From Orbicella franksi (Eukaryota), in NCBI GenBank assembly GCA_964199315.1, contig OZ116702.1, positions 18,166,001 through 18,230,000 on the forward strand: 64,000 nucleotides of DNA. Reading direction: 5' to 3'. The translations under genes and the position numbers were made by a program. Shown here one piece after another: positions 10,828 through 22,189 of this stretch (its first letter is position 1; each line of letters begins with the position of its first letter). A model generated the notes under the pieces. That model was not told the DNA's origin. It saw only the letters and a program-made list of their open reading frames with translations, and made no database searches.

Positions 10828-12512
10828 AATTATTAGCACAATGAAGTAGCACAATGATTGCCCCAGCACCTGCTACATGCATGGTGAAACTCACAGTGTG
10901 GATTAACTGCAATGCAAGGACCAGCATTCCAAGAATAGCAAATGACCTTACTAGAAGCATTACCAGAGGCCTCTGCCTGGGATGAGACAACACTGGATGA
11001 GGCTGGGCGAGTGCAAACTTGAGCGCCAGCTGTACGGTAGTTGAAAAGCTGAACATGCATCTTAGACCAGTCGGTGACTTTTTCTGCTGCCGCGTGCTCC
11101 CTGAAGGCCCGCTCATAGTCCAGCCAACAAAACCCACTAAATTGATGATATGTTCGGAGTTTTAAAAGCTTGTAGCTTGTCAGATCTCTCCATCGATGAG
11201 GGAAAGACGAGCAGATAATGAGATAAAAACTGGAAAAGGTTTCCATCCACGAAGCGATGTCCGTAATCAGGAGCTTCCATTTTTTAGGCGTGTGCGACAA
11301 CACTAAGTGGCCACTGAATTAAAGTTGCAGCTCCTGCTGAGGAATGGTAATGTTTTCTGCTAATAAATCTTCCAGATTCACGAACTTTCCTGCAGTGATT
11401 CAAGAAACAGCCTTGGAAAGGCATTGGTGAGTAGCCAGGGCCAACCACAAAAGGCTGTTGAAAAGGTGAGGCTGTCAGTGAGGGAACCGCCATAGGACTT
11501 ACAAATAGTTGAGAAGCAAAAACAGAATTAACTGTAGCCAGTAGGCTGTAAACCGCAGAAGAACAAGGTGCCATGGAAGACAAAACAGCCAAGGAAAATA
11601 CAGGAACGAAAGATGGGACGACAAGAGACGACAACATACCTGTTGATACATTTGCTCGCGAAGCCATTGGTACTGGAGGAGTACTGGACGAAGAAGTCAA
11701 CGGCAAAAACCCAGCAGGAGCTGATGAAGACCAAGATTGATGAAAGCTGCATGCATCCAAGTGTGCCGCATGAGTAGCAAGGGAAGAACCTTGAGCGGCA
11801 ATGGCAGGAAGGCCTTAAGAAACTGAATAAGAGTCAACCGTGGCAGATAACAACTGCTGTACGATAGCTGAAATTGAAGTTTGGATGGCCTGAATCACAG
11901 AGGCTAAAAATTCTGGTGATATGGAAGCACTAGCAGGAGTACCAGATGCTTGCACAGATGTCGACAGGGCATTAGTTGTGACTGAAATGGCGGACGCTGG
12001 AGCTGAAGACACTGCCGGCACAGAGCTATCCAAACCATTTTTAGTACGTCGAGGAGGCATGACAGCCAAGGAGATTGCAAAATGGTGAAGGAAACAGAGT
12101 GATAACTGCTGGCCAACAGCAGATCTCCCAGTTAACTCTGATTATTGATAATCTCATTTATTTAATAGTTTTGAATTCTTACTGTAGTTGGCAGGACCCT
12201 GTTGATAACAGCACTTTGTACTGAAGGGTTATCCTGGGAAAACATTCAATGAGGAAGAGGAGGAGGAGGATCATTTCCCAAAATGTTTTGTTCCTTTTCC
12301 TCTTTGGTTCAAGTATCACTCTTTCAGACCATTTACCGATCAGATTTGTGACCTACTGGCGTGCTCTCTTTCAAACTTTGATGCAAAATTGGCAACTGAT
12401 GATAAGGGCCAAACGACTACAAGTTATTGGGGTTATACTTGCAAACCAAATGGAACAAACCTAACCGGAACTTCTACCGTATAATTTCTAAAGATACTTA
12501 CAAAAAAAAGAG

Positions 12513-13239
12513 CAGTAATATAATCCGTAAAATCCAACTTTTCCAACCCTCAAGTAAAGAAGTTTTGAAGCCTTGAAACTTGCAGTATGATTTAACAGCA
12601 AGGGGAATATATTAAGCCAGGAGGAATTTATTTGGGATGGTGCAAAAGACGGATTTCACAGAAATGTGAATATTAAACAACCATTATTATATCACTTCCC
12701 TCTATTCCTGTAAGTATGTTATGTAATATTATTACTATAATATTGTATAAGATACTTACAGAAGGGAAGTAATATAATAATGGTTGTTTAATATTCACAT
12801 TTCCGTGAAATCCGGAAAATCCATCTTTTCCACCCCTCAAATACAGAAGTTTGAAGCCAAAGAACTTGCAGTATGATTTAACAGCAAGGGAATATATTAA
12901 GCCAGGAGTTCATTTGAGAGGGCAGAAAAGACGGATTTTCCGGACTTCAAAGAAATGTGAATATTAAACACCATTATTATATTACTTCCTTTTATTTCTG
13001 TATCTTATATAATATTATAATATTATATAAGATACTTACAGGAATAAAGGGAAGTAATATAATAATGGTTGTTTAATACTGTATTCACATTTCCGTGAAA
13101 TCCGGAAAATCCGTCTTTTCCGCCATCTCAAATGAACTCCTCGTGGCTTAATGTATTCCCCTTGCTGTTAAATCATACTGCAAGTTTCAAGGCTTCAAAC
13201 TTCTTTACTTTGGGGGCGGAAAAGTCGGATTTTCCGGAC
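12513..13239. repeat. Compound fold-back (palindromic) repeat
   Basis: About 230-bp module present forward, partly inverted, forward, inverted; AT-rich palindrome centres near 12735 and 13015. Confidence 0.8.
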
Positions 13240-13858
13240 TCCTAAATTTCTCTGCCTGACTGAAATAGCTTCAAATAACTCAGAGATGTTTGTACAACAA
13301 ATTGAAAGTATGAAACTTCTTGTTATGAGTGCTCATTTCGTTAAATCAGTTCAGTCTTTAAAGACTCGTACAAACAGTTTTAAACTTTTTGAAAGCAGTT
13401 GTTTACGTAGTGAATTTATGATAATCTGCTAATTTTTATGTTCGACGTGAATTAGCCTGAATGACTTGAAAACTCTCCAGAAAACACAATCAAGAAATGT
13501 GGAAAGACAAATCTATTGTTGACGTAGAAAGGCTCCCTTGATTACAGTGGTGCTGTTAGTGATTTGCATTTGACCTTGGTTCATCGTCAATGGCAAATTA
13601 GGATTGATGAGTGGCGTGAAACGCCTTCATCTAGTTGAAGTAACAAGTTCTTTTCATCCTTGAGGTGCAGAAAGGGCCCCAAAAACAAGTCCGGGGCTTT
13701 TGGGATAATTACACTACTGTTCTTGGTTCCTCGTTAACACATTTCATTAAAAAGATTATACACCAGATGAATTGCGCTTGTTGAAAAGGAAAAAGTCTTG
13801 TCACGGTAAAGAAGCCGCTTGGTTTCAGTAACACTTGAATTATTTACGTTGATCTCAG

Positions 13859-16800
13859 GTTCAATGGCAAATGACAACGGTGTCAGCTTTTCATGCATAG
13901 TAGCGGTCACAAGGTCATCAGTGAGATACCTTAACGTTCCACCTATTACATATATGGTAAGGTATGCGCCAGCTCTGTCAGATTTATTCACAAGTTTCCA
14001 TCCATGATATTTAAGCAGAAGACTTGTAGCTTTTTTACAACCAGCGATTGACAGAGGAAATGCTGCGAGCAAAGAAACCATGTCGACAGCTTAACAACAA
14101 AAAGAGCAAGAGCACTGCAATCTGTTACTTGGCTCCCGTAATCAGTGGAAGGTGCAGTGTTGTAAGTGCAAAATGCATTTGTAATGTGAAAGAAAAGGCT
14201 TTGCCAAAGGCTTGGAACTCGATTTGCCAGAAACGTGATATTTGTGATAGAGCGATTTCAGGTTTGTAAATGTTCAAAGGCTGAAATGATAGAATGACAT
14301 TGTATAACACATGTTCAATTCTTGACGCACATTATCCTACTTTCTTTCAGGTATATCAAACGTAGCGTTCTTCTTCAGTGCAATTTACACTCAAGAAAAA
14401 AAGAAAGGAAGTATCCAGGAAAGCGAAGATGAAAGTGATAACAGTAACGAAGAATTTGAATCATGCCAAGTACCTAGTTCCACTTCACAGCAGTGGCTCG
14501 ATGGAAATTTGGCTTCTGTCAACAAAGCCCTCTGCCCTGCGATTTCCTATTGGGTCACGCTAACGACATTAAATGGTGCTCCTGCAAGTACGATTTCCGT
14601 GCACAAGGCGTTATTGAATTATGGAGTAGACGTTATTGTGGATCAGGTAAAGCGTCTTGTTTAGAATGCAGACTGTTTATTTATGAGTGTACACATTGTA
14701 ACGTTTTCAAGACACGAAAGCAACACTTATTAACACTCAATTAAATAAGTTTAGTCTTAAGGAAAACAAAATACACGGCACTTAAATAAAGTGCTGGCTG
14801 TCTGGAATAACCATAGGGGCTAGAGGAGTCAGACAGCCAGTTAAAATCTTGCAAATTTCCACACAGTTTTTAAAATGCTCTACTTTATGCCTTTTAGGTT
14901 CAATTCCAAGAAGGAAAGGAATGTCCTGCCATGAAAGAGCTTTATAAAGTTTTAAAAGACCACAAAAACCAACATATGCAGGACCTCGTTCTATCATCGC
15001 ATCGGCATTGCTACAAACAAGAAGCCAGGAAAGTTATTGGCGATGATATCAGCTTGATCAGTACACAACAATTGGAAGAGTGTGGCAAAGAGAATGTAGT
15101 GCTAGTTACCATCATCAACAAGAAGTTTCAATCATCTTTGGCCAGCGTGATAGAACGCCTTATCAAGGCAAAGTTACAAATTGACAAGTTCGGATTCACA
15201 GCCTCGAACATTGCAGTGCAACCACCCAGCCCTATGGTGCAAAACGACAAGAGGTTCTCAGATAAGTTGACAATCCTGGTAAACGACATTTCCATTGCAA
15301 TGGAAAAGCTCAGTTATGCCACTTACAGGGGAAAGGTCTACAAAAAGGAAAGCAGGGCAAAGTATGTGTTTTCACACAGATGTGAGGCCCATGCGTTCAT
15401 GAATACTCTTGCCACCAATGAATTCTTCAAGCCTAGACTCATTCGAGAAATGAGAAAAGTGGTGGAGCTATTAGCCGACCCGTACTGCGAATTGTTTAGA
15501 CCACTGGTAATTGTCTATGACCTAATCAAAGTCAACCAAGGCGTCTGTTGGTCGCTAAAAGAGAGGTCCTTCATAAATGATCCTATCCAAGAAGATAAAA
15601 TTGGAAAAGTATCTCCCAGAGCGTTTCCTCCCTTTGACTCAATGCAAGAACCAGATCCAAACTACTTTTGCCAGATCCTCGAAAACAGCCTAAGTCCAGA
15701 AGAACAGTCAAACTTCTGCGAAGATTTCTTGAAGTTGCTTAGTTACAAGAAGAAGCTCAAAGATAAAGTGCCTTGTTTAGTCAGAGACGCTAACAGCGAT
15801 AAAACAAGTCTGTTTTTTCCAATCCTGGGCCTTGTGAACCACGGAAACGTTACCACAGTGACTAAACAACGAGCATTCAACAAGTCTATGATCTCTAAGT
15901 TCACCAAAGTGATATTCATAGATGAAGCTACAGAATCTACACTTGACTTCAACGACTGGAAAACGTTGACACAAGGAGGTTACTCGGCGCACGATGTCAA
16001 ATACCAGGCAGCAAAATCATTTATCAACAGATGCCCAATGATCATCACAAGCCACCGGAAGCTTGACTTCGGTCCTTCCGACCAGCCTGCAATGGACAGA
16101 CGATTGTCCACGTACGAATTCTGTAGCCTGCTAAACCCACAAGAGTGCAGCCACATGGCTAAGGAACCACCCCATGGACTGTGTACTCTGGGCCACCAAA
16201 AAGGCCAGGACACATAGAGATGATGGTGAAGAAGATCCAATTGAAACAGAGGAAGAGCAATCTTTCCTCGAAGACGGAATCTTGCAAGAAAAGGAAAAGG
16301 ACGAACTACGCGCTTTGTGTTTAGACCAGGGAGCGGACGACACCTGCAATCAGTCTGTAAGGGAAGACGAAATCCCACAAGACGCTGTGCCAGACACTGA
16401 AAGTGAGTCAGATTCATGCAGCCAATCAGGCGATATCGCAGATATCTTGGAAAACCAGCTTGGAATGCTGAAGCCAGAGTCTTTAACATAGGATAATAAC
16501 CCACATGCTGGACACAGAGCAGGAAAAGCAACAAAGACAAGTCCTGTTTGAGCAGGAGCGCTACGCTCAGCGTAAAGCCTGGTTAAAGGACAGAGGCGTG
16601 TCTAGTCAGAACGCAGAGCTTCTTCCCGAGGAATCTGACGAACCAACGCCTTCACCAATCGCAAGAGATCTCAAGAGGTTTACATGCGCCCAAACGCATT
16701 GCCAAGCTGCCCGGAAAGCCTTCGAGGGTGCGTGGCTGAAGGAGACGGAAAAAGAGTTGCAGGACTGTGTAAGGCGCTTGCACTCTACCCAACATCCCCC

Positions 16801-17287
16801 GACGAGAAATTAATTGGAGGCATACCAGGAGGTATTGGAAGATAAGCTGAAGAACCACCACAAAAACCTTGGCACGCTTGGCTCTAAAGAGGCCTTGGAG
16901 GAGTGGAGGCGCACGTGCGTCTCCCTTGGTCTACTAGACAGGGGACACCAGCATTTGGTGAAATGCATCTTTGAGGCCTTACCAACCAAAGAAGAACTTG
17001 GACCTTTGCCTACAGGTTCACAACAGGAGACAGGAGGGACACGGGCTGGGAAAGCATCAGAAAGTGACGACGAAAGAAGCTTGTTCATTACGCCGCTTCC
17101 CAGGGCTGCTCCAGCGACCTCGCCGTCGCGTGCCAGTTCAAACGCCTATGACCTGGTGGTTTTAGAGGAGTTGATGCGCAACAGCACTAGAGGTAGTAAG
17201 AGAAAGAGGTCAAAGCGTTGTGCTCACAGTCAAGTGAGTGAGAAGAGGCCTCAAAAAACTCTGCTTAATTACTTCAGTCAGAAATAG
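13859..17287 (+). pseudogene. Spliced SF3 (D5/NS1-like) helicase gene, decayed, with C-terminal PIP box
   Basis: Exons 13859(or 13829)-13956, 14045-14261, 14351-14646, 14898-17287 join in frame through GT-AG introns; Walker A relic VRDANSDKTS, Walker B VIFIDE, motif C IITS; frameshifts near 16140 and 16485, stop at 16811. Confidence 0.75.
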
Positions 17288-17592
17288 AAATTACATTAAA
17301 TAATGAAACGAATATCACTGTACCAAGCTTAGGTGCAGAAAGAGTTAAAGTTGAAGTTACGATTGACTCAACTAATTACCCAGGCAGTGAGGCCTGGGTT
17401 TAAATTTCGGCTGTTTTTTTTCCACGTTCAGTCACAAATCGCCGTCTGGTCTCTAAAGCACATGAGTCACCTGTGCATGCGTACAGCACGTGGAATTTAC
17501 AGAGGTTGTCATCAAAAAAAGTTAGCACGGATTCCATGATTTCTAGGGCAATGAAATCACATACAAACGAACACACCATTCGTACATAAAGT

Positions 17593-18101
17593 ATGGTGAA
17601 TTTTAAGCTTTATTAACTTATCACTACTCACGATGACTTCGATAGCGTTGATCCTAGCAGTATGCAGGACACCTATCATATATGAACTCAGTTAAATGAC
17701 CTTGCTCTCCATGAGTTCTTGTAACTCAGTGGATAGAGCGCCCGCCCGGTGTTCGGGAGGTCATGGGTTTGATTCCTGTCGGGGACTCAGCATTTTTCTT
17801 TGTCCCACGCTCGTGTCATGTTGATTAATTCACCTTCACATTTCATTGCCAAGCTTAAAATTCACCATCTTTATTAACCTATCACTACTCACGATGACTT
17901 CGATAGCGTTGATCCTAGCAGTATGCAGGACACCTATCATATATGAACTCAGTTAAATGACCTTGCTCTCCATGAGTTCTTGTAGCTCAGTGGATAGAGC
18001 GCCCGCCCGGTGTTCGGGAGGTCATGGGTTCGATTCCTGTCGGGGCCTCAGAATTTTTCTTTGTCCCACGCTCGTGTCATGTTGATTAATTCACCTTCAC
18101 A
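17593..18101 (+). repeat. tRNA-like tandem repeat (261-bp unit, about 1.9 copies) with a short inverted 5' junction
   Basis: Units start at 17608 and 17869; A box TAGCTCAGTGG, B box GGTTCGATTCC, then a T run; 17593-17610 is the reverse complement of 17851-17868. Confidence 0.85.
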
Positions 18102-18111
18102 AATTGTGATG

Positions 18112-18480
18112 TTATAGGAGATTAATAAAGTTGACCCTCCTCGAATTTTTAAGTCTGTGCATTTTCCCAAGCTCAGATATTCGTCGAAATATTTCGCACA
18201 AATTTACAGAGACCAGTATGGAACTGCCATGTTGGTGTACCTCCGCAGTACACCTACATTGCAGCCGGAAAATATTGTAAACATCTGGAACTTACTTTGG
18301 CTATCTAGGCAACTGATTATCTGTACTGAACAAACAAGCATTTACATGAGCACTTTTCCTAATACTTTAACTTCTAAATGGGCTAAAAATCACGAGATAA
18401 GTATATGATTTCGACAACCGCATTCGTAGGTCTATGTCACTCACTGCCATAACTATGAAATTCAAAATGTCTCGCTTGCT
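18112..18480. mobile_element. MITE-family fragment, homologous to 58570-58880
   Basis: Shared blocks ATTCGTCGAAAT...CACAAATTTACAGAG, AACATCTGGAACTTACTTTGG, GAAATTCAAAATG. Confidence 0.65.
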
Positions 18481-18847
18481 TGAGAAACGCAAATAACAAT
18501 GACAAAGGCTAAGGAAAATAGACTGAAACATTTATATGTTGATATAAAGACCTTGACTCATTTCACACCCTAAAGACTTGCAAACAAGTAATAAGCTATT
18601 AATCGATTCCAAGAAATGCAATCAAAAGCAGAATAGCTTAAGCACATCAATTCAGTTGAATTTCGTACAACTTCAAATGCAGAACATTTAGCTCAGTTGC
18701 AGTATAGCTATTGCTTCTCAGTATAATGACTGCCTGGGTACACGCAGCAAAGCGTCTAGTTGTTTAATGACTATGAGTACTTGCACTTGAAAGATGAACA
18801 GAGTGTGACGTTAAGACTGACTACTTTTGTACATGTTTGTAGTGTTG

Positions 18848-20552
18848 TTAAACTAGTGGCATTTTGAGTACAGCCCTTTTCTTGAGAGAATCTGCTGTTC
18901 TTCCCTCTTGAAATTTGAAATCGGAATCTCTCAGAATGGCCGTCCATTGTCCATATCCGTGCCTGTTCATTCCTCGCTTGAGAAAATTGTCCTCGTCTGC
19001 CATGAATTTCATCACCCGATGAAGTTTCCTCTGATTTCGCAGGTTCTCGGTGGGAATTACAACCTTCCTGGGAGGAGACAGGCTTGCCTTTTCCATAGTT
19101 TCAACCGGAAGTGTCAAGCTAGAAGTTGAACCGCCAAACCTTGCCTGTACACCTTCGTCCACTTCTGAACCCTTGCTTCCTTGAAGCTTTTGTAGACACT
19201 CGCAAGCCTTCACAGCAACTTTGTGCAATCTCCGCTTTTGATAGTGAACTTTGGCAACAGCAGAACTGTGTTTCTGGTCTTCCGACAAAATCCTTTGCTC
19301 CTTGCTGGTGAGCTGATTGAGGCTTTCCATCTCAACAATTTGGCGATAACACATAGGATGAATGTACTTTCCAACAGCATCAAAAACCAGTCTTCTCATA
19401 ATTTCACCCAATTTACTGTGTTGGCCAAGTGTTACTCTGTTGACAAGAACGAAATCACACTCGGGCTTGCGCAGCGGTCTGACATACGAGATGTAGCCAT
19501 CGAGAACTTGCATGTTTGCATCGGTCAGAATCAAAGAATCAAATCCTTACTTTCCAGCAGCCTTGAACGTTTTCTGATCAATAAATCCACCCTTTTCCTT
19601 AGCTGTAGCAATCATGTCCACCATCAAATATTGATAAGTCATGGGACGCAACCCCTTCACTTTAATGAACAGATACATGGCAACGAATTTCATGGCAAAT
19701 GTCAAGTCTGAAGGGTTGACTTGAGCTGGACTCGATTTGCAAATCTTCACGGTATTTTCATAACGCAGCAGAGGAAATTTCACCACCTCCAACAACTCCT
19801 CCGTTATTGCCCAGTGGCCTCTTGCTTCCAGTGTCTCAATGTCAAAATCTTGCATCCACTACAATGTCATCATTTTTGCAACTGTCTTTCATGCTCTTTT
19901 GAGGTACAACTCTGTTGCAGAGAACTTTCGAAGAACTGCCTCCAGCGTGCCATGAAGTTTTCTGAAGTTGATCATTTCAGAAATGGCATCTATGTAGCCT
20001 AAACGCTCACATGTCCAAGCTTGCATTCGTCTTGTAAGTAGTCGATAAACTTGAACAAATCTGGAGAACACAAACTAAAGTCCACCATGTCAAAAGTCAA
20101 CTCTTCCTCGTCTTCACAACAAAATCTAAAAAACTTAAAGCACCTTGTCTCTAATTGTTGAGCTGCACGATCTTTCTTGCAACCACCACCACTTCCATCT
20201 CATGAATACTTCAACAAAGTCACACAACAATGAAAATGAGAGAAGTAACTTTCCGGCATGTTTTGTAGTCTCACTTGTTTGATCTTGAATTGTGTTCACC
20301 ATTGGAATATTTCTTGCTACCTTTAGCAAATCTGTGATTTCTTTTGAATTGGGCTTTTCGAGAGAAAAGAACCAACTGTGCTTGGTATTAACATGTTTTC
20401 TGCACCCTCTGAATTTGAAATCCATCATGGTCACACTCTCATATTGGGCAGTGATACAAGCTGTCGGTTTCATCCTTTTCCAAGTGAAGCCATTTTGGTT
20501 TGGGTAATGCTCCATCAAAATCCGACCAATCGACTTTGCACTTCTTGCTCAT
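18848..20552 (-). pseudogene. C2H2 finger - tyrosine recombinase - Myb/SANT (telobox-like) fusion gene, decayed
   Basis: N-terminal YHCPI.ECDH...CRKHVNTKH; YR motifs KGLRPMTY (Arg), KTFK, HPMCYR (HxxR relic), HSSAVAKVHY (Tyr); C-terminal F.ADED.FLK.G..RHG.GQW.AIL.D..FKF..GRT.DSLK.R; several stops and frameshifts. Confidence 0.75.
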
Positions 20553-20837
20553 TTTGCCTTTTGAAGAGCATTTGGCCAACACGATCTCCTTTAAATCTAA
20601 ACCATAACCAAGGAGTCGATGACAAATAAAGGAACTGCATGTTTGTATTTGCCAAGGCATGCCCTTACTTGCCCGCCCTCATTACTATTGTGCAAAATTC
20701 ATGACAGTAAGATGTAACCAAACTTGCCGAAGCAGGTCTGAGTACACCTCATTGTTCGCCTTATTCACAAATGACACCATAATTTGGGAACATAATCAAA
20801 ATGCGTAAAAAATGACCCCAAATCTGTTCCCAAATGA

Positions 20838-21390
20838 CCAATTTGGGGACAATATGTTCCATTTACAGACAGGAACTCGGAACAAAACAGTCCTAAATGT
20901 CCAATTGTTTAACAAACTGTTCCATTCATAGAGGGGAATTTGGAACAAAGCGGTCCTAAAAATATCAATTTGGGAACGATATGTTCCGTTGGCATGTGAG
21001 AATTTGGAACAAAACAGTCCTAATTTACCAATTTGGGAACGAATTGTTCTGTTTACAGAGAGGAACTCGGAACAAAACAGTCCTAATTTACCAATTCGGG
21101 AACAATGTGTTCCATTTACAGAGGGGACCTTGGAACAAAACAGTCCTAAATGACCAATATGGGAACAATGTGTTCCGTTTACAGATAGGAACTTGGAACA
21201 AAACAGTCCTAAATGACCAATTTGGGAACAATCTGTTCCATTTACAGAGGGGACCTTGGAACAAAACAGACCTAATTTATCAATTTTGGAACAATGTGTT
21301 CCATGCACAGATAGGAACTCGGAACAAAACAGTCCTAATTTATCAATTTGAGAACAATATGTACCATTTACAGTTGGGAACTCAGAACGA
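20838..21390. repeat. 63-bp minisatellite, about 9 copies, each with a GGAAC-N5-GTTCC palindrome
   Basis: GGAACAAA(A/G)C(A/G)G(T/A)CC recurs at about 20879, 20942, 21006, 21069, 21132, 21195, 21258, 21321. Confidence 0.92.
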
Positions 21391-21789
21391 AATGTTCCTC
21401 TTTTACACCAGAGTGAAGGTTTTGTTCCTACATTGTAAAAAATCTGGTCCTCTTATAGTCAATAGGAACACAAAAACGAGGAACAGTCGATACTAGAGGA
21501 ACGTTCCTTTTGAAATATAGGAACAGCCAACAAAACTTAAAGTCAGCGAGAAAACGAGGCAAAGACTAAAGAAAAACTCAAAAAAGCGTAGGTCAAGCAC
21601 TTAGGTGAAATGGAAACAATATTTAAAATCTGGTGAAGTTTGTTTCACTCAAACGTAGCAAAACGTGCAATGATAAATTTTTGGGAAGTGTATAGGAGGA
21701 GGAGGACGACAACGACGACGACGATGACGACGATAATTATTATTACTAGAAGATGTTTGCTGTCTGCAAATACTTAGTTATACTTAGTT

Positions 21790-22110
21790 AGCTTAGTGTC
21801 TGTTGCTTCTTGACTCTGGAGACATTTTCCTTTTTAGTATGCAATGCAGTTTTATTGTCACACTCATCACAACAAGATTTATGCCAAATGCTGCCACAAT
21901 GACTTTCAAATGTCCAAGCAATTCCATTTCCTTCCTCCAAATTTTCCCAGTCAACTGCTAAATGTAATTCTCCTGCCTAATGAAATGATGTAAAGTTGTG
22001 TTCTGTAGGGAGATATCCAGCACCAGAGACGTGTCCTTTTGAATCAGCAGGACACAAAGTGTTTTCAGTTGTTTCCTTCTGGAAATAATACATTTTAGCC
22101 AGACAACAGC
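21790..22110 (-). pseudogene. Degenerate coding relic with Cys/His motifs, family not identified
   Basis: Reads ..FQKETTENTLCPADSKG..GAGY......*AGELHLAVDWENLEEGNGIAWTFESH..SIWHKSCC..; has a stop and a frameshift and does not fit the CEP70 exon chain. Confidence 0.3.
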
Positions 22111-22189
22111 TTCAGGCAATGACAAGCTAACACCTTTCTCTGCATCTCCAAATCAACTCATTTCTTTGTTATGTTGAATCGAATACCAA

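Larger units (their letters stand above)
7390..12130 (-). mobile_element. DIRS/Ngaro-group YR retrotransposon, 3'-truncated and decayed (gag-like ORF1, RT, partial RNase H), interrupted by a TIR element
   Basis: ORF1 with GPGYSP, W..Y..AFRE.AA and a C-terminal Cys/His finger (10833-12069); RT FGVIPKK, WRLIVDLS, HYLDDF (7661-8634); RNase H SDASGAIGYG (about 7440-7480). Ends are approximate. Confidence 0.85.

Noticed and set aside
13751-13805. Extra upstream helicase exon (KDYTPDELRLLKRKKSCH) through a 53-nt intron
   Set aside because: Phase fits, but the intron is very short and a stop lies immediately upstream; not supportable
13734-14081. 115-aa minus-strand ORF
   Set aside because: Overlaps the plus-strand spliced helicase exons and has no recognisable motifs
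17974-18049. Functional tRNA-Thr gene
   Set aside because: No U33, mismatched anticodon stem, weak T stem, embedded in a tandem repeat unit
20796-21496. 170-aa and 171-aa ORFs with 21-residue repeats
   Set aside because: By-products of a 63-bp (multiple of three) minisatellite, open on both strands
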